From Elusimicrobiota bacterium (GTDB lineage: Bacteria > Elusimicrobiota > Elusimicrobia > UBA1565), in NCBI GenBank assembly GCA_043819795.1, contig JBDREN010000126.1, forward strand, positions 8,541 through 72,540: DNA of 64,000 bases. Direction: 5' to 3'. The position numbers were made by a program, and so were the translations under genes. Under the pieces are notes generated by a model that did no database searches, had not been told where the DNA came from, and saw only the letters and a list, made by a program, of their open reading frames with translations. Positions 1 to 8,568 of this stretch are shown one piece after another; position 1 is the stretch's first letter; each line of letters starts with the position of its first letter.

Positions 1-291
1 AAGAAGCTCGAAGCCTACTCTGAAGCCGCTTTGAGGTCGGCCTTCCCCAAGGAGCTTGAAGCCGGCGTCCTGGAATGGCGCACCGTCAATATCGACGAGC
101 CGGAAAACAAACACTTCATCAAGGACTATCAGCTTTTCACCAAGTCGCTGGTGATATCCAGGCTGGAGGAAGGCGAGCAGGTGGATTGGAAGAACCTCGA
201 CCGGATATGGAAGCTGGTCGGAGATAAGGACGCCTTCGCCGAATACGTGCGGTCCGAGGTCCGGCTCAGCCTCGAGCCGGAAACGGAATAG
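1..291 (+). CDS. Thioredoxin-fold protein, ArsF-like; 5' part lies outside the window
   Basis: Frame is open from base 1. Sequence 'WRTVNIDEPENKHFIKDYQLFTKSLVI...WKNLDRIW' matches the family that precedes CcdA/ArsG-type permeases in ars clusters. Confidence 0.65.
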   Translation, partial: KKLEAYSEAALRSAFPKELEAGVLEWRTVNIDEPENKHFIKDYQLFTKSLVISRLEEGEQVDWKNLDRIWKLVGDKDAFAEYVRSEVRLSLEPETE

Positions 292-296
292 GGGCC

Positions 297-974
297 ATGC
301 TGGCGGTCCTCTCCGCGGTCTGGCTGGGCATCCTGACCTCCATCAGCCCCTGCCCCCTGGCCACCAACATCGCGGCCATCTCCTACATCGGCAAGGGGCT
401 CGGCCGGCCCTCCCAGGTGTTCTTGACCGGGCTCCTCTATACCCTGGGCAGGATGGCCGCCTATGTGGGCGTCGCGGTCATCCTGCTCACCTGGGCTTTG
501 TCCGTCCCGAGCGTATCGTTCTTCCTGCAGAACCAGATGAACAAGCTCCTGGCTCCGCTGCTGATCCTCGTGGGGATGACCCTGCTTGAGCTCATCCGGA
601 TCGATATCCCCTGGCCGAGCATAGGAAGCGGGATACAGAAGCTCGCGGACTCGCTGGGCATCTGGGCCGCGGCTCCTCTGGGGGCGGTCTTCGCCCTGTC
701 CTTCTGCCCCGTGTCGGCGGCGCTATTCTTCGGGAGCCTGCTGCCTCTCGCGGCGAAATGGGACTCCTCGGTGGGATTGCCGGCCCTCTACGGTCTGGGG
801 ACCGGGCTGCCCGTGCTGGGCTTCGCGGTCGTGATCGCCTTCGGACTTAATCGGCTCGGAGCGGCCTTCGACAAGCTGACGCGCTTTGAATGGTGGGCCC
901 GGCGGATCACGGGAGGGGTCTTTATCTGCGTCGGCGTCTACCTGTCTCTCAAGTACATATTCCGGCTGTTCTAG
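297..974 (+). CDS. CcdA/DsbD-like membrane protein (ArsG-type aromatic arsenical permease family)
   Basis: Two Cys motifs 'ISPCPLATNIAA' and 'FALSFCPVSAALFF', about 6 TM segments, ars context. Confidence 0.8.
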   Translation: MLAVLSAVWLGILTSISPCPLATNIAAISYIGKGLGRPSQVFLTGLLYTLGRMAAYVGVAVILLTWALSVPSVSFFLQNQMNKLLAPLLILVGMTLLELIRIDIPWPSIGSGIQKLADSLGIWAAAPLGAVFALSFCPVSAALFFGSLLPLAAKWDSSVGLPALYGLGTGLPVLGFAVVIAFGLNRLGAAFDKLTRFEWWARRITGGVFICVGVYLSLKYIFRLF

Positions 975-1207
975 CCGGGCTTGAGCAGCCCCTTCAGCTC
1001 GGCGACCGCAGGGACTCTTCCGGAGACCACGATCTTTCCATCGACGAGCACGGCCGGGGTCGCCATGACTCCCAGCCCGGCGAACTCGTTGATATCCGTG
1101 ACGTGCGAGACGTCGGCGGGCAGCTGAAGCGCCGAGCAGGCGTCTATCACGTTCTGATGCGTCGTCCGGCACCTGGGACAACCCGGCCCCACCACCTGTA
1201 TCTTCAT
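971..1207 (-). CDS. Small redox-active disulfide protein (thioredoxin-like, MTH895/ArsE type), 78 aa
   Basis: [13 protein letters not shown]...[24 protein letters not shown] at 1207 overlaps the acr3 stop (ATGA). It is the true 3' part of the ORF listed as 971..2203. Confidence 0.9.
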   Translation of the reverse strand: MKIQVVGPGCPRCRTTHQNVIDACSALQLPADVSHVTDINEFAGLGVMATPAVLVDGKIVVSGRVPAVAELKGLLKPG

Positions 1208-2256
1208 TTCGCCCCCCCGAAGTACCTCTTCCGGAAGAACAAGGCGACGTTGACCAAGCCGATGAGCACGGGAACCTCCACCAACGGTCCGATGACCGCG
1301 GCGAAAGCCACGCCCGAGTTGATCCCGAACACGGCCACCGCCACCGCGATGGCCAGCTCGAAGTTGTTGCTGGCCGCGGTGAACGACAAAGTCGCGGTCT
1401 TCGAGTAGTCCGCGCCGACGGCTTTCCCCATGAAGAAGCTGACAAGGAACATCACCACGAAGTAGATGAGCAGGGGTACGGCGATGCGGACCACATCCAG
1501 CGGGATCGTCACGATGAGCTTGCCCTTGAGGCTGAACATAACGACGATGGTGAACAGCAGGGCGATCAGCGTTATCGGGCTTATCTTGGGGATGAAAGTC
1601 TTTTCGTACCAATCCCGCCCTTTCGCTTTGAGCAATACGACGCGCGAGATCACCCCGGCCAGAAACGGTATCCCGAGGTAGATGAAGACGCTCTTGGCGA
1701 TCTGTCCCATCGTCACTTCCACGACGCTGCCACTCAGGCCGAACTTCGGCGGAAGGACCGTGATGAAGATGTAGGCGTAGAGGCTGAAGAACAATACCTG
1801 GAAGATGCTGTTGAAGGCCACGAGCCCGGCGCAATACTCGGTGTCCCCCTCGGCCAGTTCGTTCCAGACGATGACCATCGCGATGCACCGGGCGAGGCCG
1901 ATCATGATGAGGCCGACCATGTATTCCGGATACCCCCGCAGGAAGGTGATGGCCAAAAAGAACATGAAGATGGGGCCGATGACCCAGTTCTGGACTAGGG
2001 ACAGTCCCAAGACCTTCCAGTTGCGGAAAACGTCCCCAAGCTCCTCGTATTTCACCTTCGCCAAGGGGGGGTACATCATGAGGATGAGGCCGATGGCGAT
2101 CGGGAGATTGGTCGTCCCGACTTGGAAGCGGTTGATGAAGGACTCCACCCCGGTGAAGAAATAGCCGGCCCCGACACCGACCGCCATGGCGACGAATATC
2201 CACAGGGTCAGAAACCTGTCCAAAAACGACAACTTCTGCGCTACGCTCTTCTCCAT
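1204..2256 (-). CDS. acr3: ACR3-family arsenite efflux transporter
   Basis: '[13 protein letters not shown]', 'MMYPPLAKV', '[13 protein letters not shown]' and '[11 protein letters not shown]' are ACR3 signatures. Confidence 0.95.
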   Translation of the reverse strand: MEKSVAQKLSFLDRFLTLWIFVAMAVGVGAGYFFTGVESFINRFQVGTTNLPIAIGLILMMYPPLAKVKYEELGDVFRNWKVLGLSLVQNWVIGPIFMFFLAITFLRGYPEYMVGLIMIGLARCIAMVIVWNELAEGDTEYCAGLVAFNSIFQVLFFSLYAYIFITVLPPKFGLSGSVVEVTMGQIAKSVFIYLGIPFLAGVISRVVLLKAKGRDWYEKTFIPKISPITLIALLFTIVVMFSLKGKLIVTIPLDVVRIAVPLLIYFVVMFLVSFFMGKAVGADYSKTATLSFTAASNNFELAIAVAVAVFGINSGVAFAAVIGPLVEVPVLIGLVNVALFFRKRYFGGAK

Positions 2257-2259
2257 TTC

Positions 2260-2684
<425 letters not shown>

Positions 2685-2709
<25 letters not shown>

Positions 2710-3050
2710 AGGTCCTCGCGCTTGAGCTTCAAGATATTCTTCAGCAGCCGGGCGTCCCGCCGGATCTCCGGGTTCGTTTCCAAAGAGCCGCGGACCCAAT
2801 CCAAGGCTTTTCTCGCCGCGGGCGGCGCGGATCCGCCGGGCAGCCTATAGTAGACCCATCGCCCATCCTTGAAGTCTTCGACCAATCGGGCCTGTTTCAG
2901 GATCGACATATGCTTGGACACCGTGGAAGGAGCCAATCCCAGCAGCTCGATGATCTGGCAGACGCAGAGATCCCGGTCCCGCAAGGCCAGCAACGCCCGC
3001 ACCCTGTTCTTGTCGGATAATGCCTTGGAAATGGCCAGGAATTCGATCAT
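2685..3050 (-). CDS. arsR: ArsR/SmtB-family repressor
   Basis: 'KALSDKNRVR...LCVCQI...STVSKHMSILKQARLV...GRWVYY', with AGGAGA SD upstream. Confidence 0.93.
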
Positions 3051-3059
3051 GACATCTCC

Positions 3060-3085
3060 TATATTTCGCCAGATAACGAATTATA
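3060..3085 (-). promoter_or_regulatory. Putative ArsR operator (imperfect inverted repeat)
   Basis: TATATTTCG-N8-CGAATTATA (8 of 9 positions complementary) in an AT-rich patch directly upstream of the arsR SD. Confidence 0.55.
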
Positions 3086-3186
3086 TGCCAAAAGAGAGCG
3101 GCCTGGCAACTTCTCAGATGAGGCCCGAGCTCTGGCATTCCGGCGGGGCCGAGGCTACAATAATCCATGCGAACAGGAGGGGCGGG

Positions 3187-3387
3187 ATGACCGGGAAGCT
3201 ATTCGCGTGGCTGATATTCGGGCTCATCGGCTTGGCGGCCTTCGGCTATGGCAAGAAACAGGGCCGTCCAAAGACGATGCTTATCGCGGTCGTTCTGATG
3301 GGTTACCCCTACCTCGTATCGAGCCCTCTCGCGCTGTGGCTCATCGGCGCGGGCTTGACCGCCGCGCTTTGGGTGTCCCGCCGTTGA
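3187..3387 (+). CDS. Small membrane protein (66 aa)
   Basis: AGGAGG SD, then MTGKLFAWLIFGLIGLAAFGYGKKQ...LMGYPYLV. The 'YGKKQ...YPY' pattern is typical of a conserved small hypothetical family. Confidence 0.75.
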   Translation: MTGKLFAWLIFGLIGLAAFGYGKKQGRPKTMLIAVVLMGYPYLVSSPLALWLIGAGLTAALWVSRR

Positions 3388-3496
3388 TCCCGGAAGACGG
3401 CGCGGCAACCGCGACGGCCGCGAACGGCCTTGCGCGCCGGCCGGACGCCGGGTACGCTATGACCGGCGGTTCCAATACCGCCGCCTCGGCCCGCCC

Positions 3497-4171
3497 ATGA
3501 CCCCTTGGGAATTACTCGACAGCGCGCGGTTCCCCGGAAGCGGAAGCGAGCTTCGTCTGTACAGGCGGGCCGGGGAGTTCACGATCCAGCTGGACGGCAG
3601 CATCGTCATGAACAGCCGCCTCCACGCCTCGGAAGACGCCCTCGCGTCGCTCGCGTGCGCGAGGATCGGCAAAGTCCGCCATCCCAGCGTACTGATCGGC
3701 GGCCTCGGCATGGGCTATACCTTGGCCGCCGCCCTGCGGGGACTGGGTCCCGGCGCCAGAGTGGTCGTGGCGGAGCTCGTGCCGGCCGTGGTCGAATGGA
3801 ACCGCGGGCCTCTGGGACACCTGGCCGGCCACCCCCTGCGGGACGATCGGGTCGCAATCGTGGAGCAAGACGTCGCGAAGGTCATTCAATCGGAAGGCCG
3901 GGCCTACGACGCCATCCTGCTGGATGTTGACAACAGCCCCGAAGGCCTCAGCCGGGACGCCAACGACCAGCTTTACTCCGAGGCCGGACTGGACGCGGCC
4001 GTTGCGGCGCTTCGGCCCAAGGGCGTCTTGGGCCTGTGGTCCGCCCGTCCCAGCCGGCCCTTCGTCAAGCGCCTGCGCAAGGCGGGCTTCGACGTGGAAG
4101 AGGTCCCCGCCCGCGCGAGAGACAAATATCGAGGCGCCCACCACACGATCTGGCTGGCGACGATCTCCTAG
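3497..4171 (+). CDS. Spermidine-synthase-like SAM-dependent methyltransferase
   Basis: 'LMNS..H.SE.AL'-like segment, 'VLIGGLGMGYT', 'VAELVPAV' and 'YDAILLDVDN'. Confidence 0.85.
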   Translation: MTPWELLDSARFPGSGSELRLYRRAGEFTIQLDGSIVMNSRLHASEDALASLACARIGKVRHPSVLIGGLGMGYTLAAALRGLGPGARVVVAELVPAVVEWNRGPLGHLAGHPLRDDRVAIVEQDVAKVIQSEGRAYDAILLDVDNSPEGLSRDANDQLYSEAGLDAAVAALRPKGVLGLWSARPSRPFVKRLRKAGFDVEEVPARARDKYRGAHHTIWLATIS

Positions 4172-4195
4172 TCGGCCCCCCCTCCCCCAACGGCC

Positions 4196-4281
4196 GGTGC
4201 CGTGCTTGACTCTTAGGAATTGTTGCGGCCGCGATTCGGACGGCGAGCGCGGAATACTTCCCAAAAGTCAAGCACGGCACC
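4196..4281. repeat. Intergenic inverted repeat (REP/MITE-like doublet)
   Basis: GGTGCCGTGCTTGACT (4196-4211) and AGTCAAGCACGGCACC (4266-4281) are perfect 16-bp complements, extendable inward to about 24 bp with 2 mismatches. Confidence 0.8.
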
Positions 4282-4327
4282 TTTACCTTTGGTGGCGAAG
4301 AGGGCCGCTTGGCGCTATACTAGCGCC

Positions 4328-5881
4328 ATGGCGGGGGACAAAGGCTCCGGGGGGCTGTCGCTTGTGCTCGCATGGATCGAGTGCGGCATCCTCCTCGTCG
4401 TGTGGTACATCATGGCGATCAGGATTCGCAGCGCCCTGCCGGGGCCGCCACTGCACTCCCTGATCCCCCTGGCCGCGGCCTTCGGGCTCACGGGGGTCTC
4501 CGCGACGCATCTCATCCTCGACGAAGGCCGGGATTCCCCTACCCGTCGGGCCCCCAGCCTACTGACTCCGCTCTTCTCGCTATGGATGCGACTCTGGCCC
4601 CCCCGCCGGTTCGTCCTCGACCTCTTGGCCGTGGCCGTGCTCGTCGCCGCCCTGGCCGGCATGATATTCAGGCTAAACGAGGACGTCCGCTTTGCGGCCA
4701 CGTTCGTCATCATCTTCCTGATGCTTTTCTTCCTGCTCTTCCTATTCTCCCGGGTATCGGGACCCGGGGAGCAGTCCGGCCTCAAGTTCTTTTTCCTGGG
4801 CTGCGGAATATGCGGCCTGGTTGTTTTCCTGGGCCTCGTGGCCGCAAGCGCCGAGGCCGCCGTGGCTTGGCGCTCGGTCGCGGGCCTCGCCGCCATCCTC
4901 CTCATGCAAGCCACGCGCCTGCGAGCGCTGGTCGCCCGGACTGGGACCGAGGCGGCGTCGGCCTCCCCGCCCGAGGGCCCGGACCGCTACCGGCTCACGG
5001 TGGAGAGGAAGGGCCGCAAGGCTCCCGCGCCACCGCCCGAGGAACTCGTCGATGACGAAGGCGCCAGCTTCGTGGGCTCCGGATCCTTCAGCGTCGACGC
5101 CGCCAAGATGGTCGAGAAGCTCCGTGAGCACCAGCTCGCCGATCCCCACGACTGTCTCCTGCCCTGGCTCCGATGCGCCGTAGCCTCGGGGGCGACGCGC
5201 ATCGAACTCGAACGCATCCCCCGAGGCCTGCAGATGCGCTTCGACGGCCGGCCCTTCGCCGCCCGGGAGCTCGCCCGGCCGTACCGGGCCCTCCTGGAGG
5301 AGGACGCGGACGGGCCCCGGGGCCGGCACTTCGCCTACGGCCTGCTGGCCCTGCAGCGGCTCGACCCGCGCTCGGTCCGCGTGGTCTCGGACGGACCCGC
5401 CGGGCGCGCGGAGATGAGCCTCCTGAGGCACGACGTTCGCCGCGAGGACTCGGTGATGGAGGCGGACGGCGGCACGCTGATACGCGTGCGATGGGACTGG
5501 TGGGCGGCTTGGTGGCGGAGGTGGCGCCTTCTCATTCGGGCCCGCACGCATTGGGGGCTCGCCGAGCCGGCGCTGCTCATCAATCACTCTCCCGTTCCCG
5601 TTCTCCCGCCGCGCGGGGCGAGCAGGTGGCCCGCCTTCAAGGAGTCCGGCTGGCTGGGGATCTGGCTTCGGCTGAGCTCGGATGAGGTTAGCGTCGTGCA
5701 TTACTACCATCTCGGGGTCTTCGTCGAGGCGCAGACCCACCGCATGGGGGATTTCGCGGTGGAAGCCTACCTCGCCAGCGACGACCTGACCCTGAATATC
5801 TCCCAGGACAGGATCGTGCGCGACGCGCGCTTCGAGAACGGGATGGAGATCCTGCGGCGGAAGGCGAGGGCAACCTCATGA
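4328..5881 (+). CDS. Multi-TM protein with C-terminal degenerate Hsp90/HtpG-like (GHKL + middle) region, paralog 1
   Basis: About 6 TM helices, then 'GSFSVDAAKMVEKLREHQL', 'CAVASGATRI', 'FDGRPF', 'RHFAYGLLAL' and 'YLASDDLTLNISQDRIVRD'. ATG at 4328 chosen as start. Confidence 0.65.
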   Translation: MAGDKGSGGLSLVLAWIECGILLVVWYIMAIRIRSALPGPPLHSLIPLAAAFGLTGVSATHLILDEGRDSPTRRAPSLLTPLFSLWMRLWPPRRFVLDLLAVAVLVAALAGMIFRLNEDVRFAATFVIIFLMLFFLLFLFSRVSGPGEQSGLKFFFLGCGICGLVVFLGLVAASAEAAVAWRSVAGLAAILLMQATRLRALVARTGTEAASASPPEGPDRYRLTVERKGRKAPAPPPEELVDDEGASFVGSGSFSVDAAKMVEKLREHQLADPHDCLLPWLRCAVASGATRIELERIPRGLQMRFDGRPFAARELARPYRALLEEDADGPRGRHFAYGLLALQRLDPRSVRVVSDGPAGRAEMSLLRHDVRREDSVMEADGGTLIRVRWDWWAAWWRRWRLLIRARTHWGLAEPALLINHSPVPVLPPRGASRWPAFKESGWLGIWLRLSSDEVSVVHYYHLGVFVEAQTHRMGDFAVEAYLASDDLTLNISQDRIVRDARFENGMEILRRKARATS

Positions 5882-7437
5882 AGTTATCCAACGACAACGC
5901 CATGGGCGGGCTCCAGCTCCTGTTGTGGGAGAGCGCCCTTCTTGCGGCGTCATGGTGGATCTCCGTGGTCGAGATCCGCGCCTCACTCGCTCTTTGGCCC
6001 GCTCACGCCCTGCTCCCCTTCGCCGCGGCTTTCGGGTTCACGGGCCTGACTATCGGGGCTCTCGCCAAAGGATATAGGACCAAGTCCCTCCGGGACGCCG
6101 ACCGGCTCGATCGGATCTTCCTCGTCTGGCTCATGCTCTGGCCTGCCCGCCGGCCCTCCCTCGACGCGCTGGCCGCGGCGGTCGGCGCGGGCTCCCTGGC
6201 CGGCGTGCTCCTGGGGCTGGGCGTCGGCGTCCCCATAGCGGCCGCGGTCTCCGCGTTCTTCATGTTCCTTGTCTTCGTGCCCGCCTTCTATCGGATGCCG
6301 AGGCCGGCCACGGGCCTCGATCCCAACAACGTGTTTGTCGGCCTGGGAACGGGCGGTCTGGTCTTCTTCCAAGGCGTCATGGCCGCGAGCAGCGATCCCA
6401 CGCTCGCGCGGCTGGCCGTGGCTGGGCTGGCCGCCGGCCTCCTGATGCAGGTCACGCAGGCGCGAGAGGAGGCGGGCCGGCGATGGAACGATCTTTCCGC
6501 CGCGCCCCCGCCGCCCCTGGACCTCGATCGCTACCGGCTGACGGTGGAGAGGAAAGGCCCTAAAGCCCCCACCGCCGCGCGGCCCCAAGAGACCGTCGAC
6601 AACGACGGCGCCCGGTTCGTGGGCTCCGGCTCCTTCCGCGTGGACGCGGCCAAAATGGTCGAAAAGCTCCGCGAGCGCCAGCTCGCCGACCCCGAAGATT
6701 CCCTCCTGCCCCTGTTGCGCTGCGCCGTGGCCTCGGGCGCCTCCGACATCGCGCTCAAGCGCGTCCCCGGGGGGCTGGAGATACGCTTCGACGGTCGGCC
6801 AATCGTCGCCCGCCAGCTCTCCCAACCGTACCAGGCCCTTCTGGCCGAGGCGGACGCGGACGGACCGCGGGGCAGGCACTTCGCCTACGGCCTGCTGGCC
6901 CTGCAGCGGCTCAAGCCCCGCTTCATTCACGTCGTCTCGGGCGACCCTTCCGGCCACGCGGAGATGAACCTCCTCGCGCGGGGCGTCCAGGCCGGATACG
7001 CCGGCATGGACCCCGACGACGGCACGCTCATCCAGGTGCGGTGGGGATGGATGCGGGGGTGGTGGTGGAGGTCGAAGCTCCTCGCGCGGGCCCGCAAGCA
7101 TTGGGGGCTGGCTGAGCCGACCTTGAGCGTCGGAGGCGTTCCTGTTCCCTCGACCCCCTCGCCCAAAGCCGCGGGATGGCGCATCATCAGGGAAGCCGGC
7201 TGGGACGGATCGTGGCGGCCGCTTCCCTCCGCCGAGGAGAGCCGCGTACGCCTCTATACTCTCGGAGTCTTAGTGGAGGAGGTCGCCGAGGATCTGGGCC
7301 GCCGGCAAGTCGAAGCCTACCTAGCCAGCGACGACCTCACCCTGGACATCTCCCAGGCCCGCGTGGTGCGCGACGCTCAATTCCGCGAGGGGATGGATAT
7401 CCTGCAGCGAAAGGCGGCCCAGGCGGAGCGGGCCTAG
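5878..7437 (+). CDS. Multi-TM protein with degenerate Hsp90/HtpG-like region, paralog 2
   Basis: Full-length similarity to 4328..5881 with the same motifs; ATGA overlap with paralog 1. Confidence 0.65.
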   Translation: MKLSNDNAMGGLQLLLWESALLAASWWISVVEIRASLALWPAHALLPFAAAFGFTGLTIGALAKGYRTKSLRDADRLDRIFLVWLMLWPARRPSLDALAAAVGAGSLAGVLLGLGVGVPIAAAVSAFFMFLVFVPAFYRMPRPATGLDPNNVFVGLGTGGLVFFQGVMAASSDPTLARLAVAGLAAGLLMQVTQAREEAGRRWNDLSAAPPPPLDLDRYRLTVERKGPKAPTAARPQETVDNDGARFVGSGSFRVDAAKMVEKLRERQLADPEDSLLPLLRCAVASGASDIALKRVPGGLEIRFDGRPIVARQLSQPYQALLAEADADGPRGRHFAYGLLALQRLKPRFIHVVSGDPSGHAEMNLLARGVQAGYAGMDPDDGTLIQVRWGWMRGWWWRSKLLARARKHWGLAEPTLSVGGVPVPSTPSPKAAGWRIIREAGWDGSWRPLPSAEESRVRLYTLGVLVEEVAEDLGRRQVEAYLASDDLTLDISQARVVRDAQFREGMDILQRKAAQAERA

Positions 7438-8540
7438 TCCAGCCACTCGCGGTCTTTCAGCTTCTTGGGAAGGTACTTGTTGGTCAGGAACTGGAAGTCC
7501 TTGTTGGCCAGGGCGTCGAGCTCGTACTTGAGGCCGCTGGCGAGCATCCGCTTGATCTCCACCTGCCATTCCGTCTTCCGGAACCAGCGGTAGTTGAGCA
7601 GCTCCTTGGCGCGGTTGATGTCCTTGTCGTTGAGCTTGATGCCCACGTTGCGCGGCAGCCCGTAGCGCTTGGGGTCGGCGCTCGAAAGGCCGATGAACTT
7701 GGCCCTGGGAATGGCCATCCGCTGGCTCTCGAAAGCGAGGTTGATGGACCCCTGCTTGATGACCGAATAGATGTAGTACCCCCACGGGTCGTTGTCCACG
7801 AGCACGTAGACCGGCAGCCTCCTCTCCTCGTGAAGCCGCCGGGCCAGGCGCCTCACGCCGCGAGGCGGCTGGCCGTTGCCCGTGATAAGGATGCAGTTGA
7901 ACTTCTTCCAGAACTTGTCCTCCGAGAGCCGGTTCCACTGGGTCCCCTTCTCGATAAGGAGCACGAAGTCGGCCGTGCACCTCTTGATCCGGATGTACTC
8001 GGGCTCGACGATGGAAGGGATGGAATAGCCGCCCTTCCCGAGCTTGGCGCAGTCCACGCGGTCCCCGTCGTCGAGGAGCACCAGGGGCCCCACCACGCTC
8101 CCCCCGTTGTCGGCGCGCACGTGGAGCTCCTCCCGGAGGGCCTCCAGCGTGACCTCGAGGTCCTCGATGATCGGGTCCGACTCGTTCTGCCCGTCGAAGG
8201 TGTTCTCGTGGGAGTCCTTGATGGTGTGCTTGGCGCGGTAGTAGACCTCCCTCAAGGAGGTCGTGAGATCCGAGCGCTGAAGCTCGGACAGGGCGTCGGC
8301 CACGAGCATCGTCTGCATGAACTTCTTGGCCATCCCCACGTTGAAGAACGAGCGGGCCTGCCTGTTCGATCCCATCTCGATGATGCCTTTTTTCTCGTTG
8401 AACTTGACGTTGGAGAGGGCGCGCACGGGTATCGTGATGGTGGGGTCCTTCCGGCGGTTGGCGGCGCTGACGACCAGGTCCGCCAGCCCGACGAGCCTCT
8501 TCTCCACGCTGTCGCTTCTCTTCTGTTTTGTCCGCGCCAT
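7434..8540 (-). CDS. top6A: DNA topoisomerase VI subunit A (Spo11-like)
   Basis: 'TTSLREVYY' (catalytic Tyr), 'Q.ESD.IIEDLE', TOPRIM 'LLIEKG', 'G.GQP', 'VDNDPWGYYIY' and 'K.ELDAL'. Confidence 0.95.
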   Translation of the reverse strand: MARTKQKRSDSVEKRLVGLADLVVSAANRRKDPTITIPVRALSNVKFNEKKGIIEMGSNRQARSFFNVGMAKKFMQTMLVADALSELQRSDLTTSLREVYYRAKHTIKDSHENTFDGQNESDPIIEDLEVTLEALREELHVRADNGGSVVGPLVLLDDGDRVDCAKLGKGGYSIPSIVEPEYIRIKRCTADFVLLIEKGTQWNRLSEDKFWKKFNCILITGNGQPPRGVRRLARRLHEERRLPVYVLVDNDPWGYYIYSVIKQGSINLAFESQRMAIPRAKFIGLSSADPKRYGLPRNVGIKLNDKDINRAKELLNYRWFRKTEWQVEIKRMLASGLKYELDALANKDFQFLTNKYLPKKLKDREWLD

Positions 8541-8568
8541 TTGGCTTCCTTGGGCCGGTCCGCCCGGC

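Noticed and set aside
971..2203. 410-aa ORF overlapping acr3
   Set aside because: Only the last 78 codons (thioredoxin) are real; the rest is an alternative-frame shadow of acr3.
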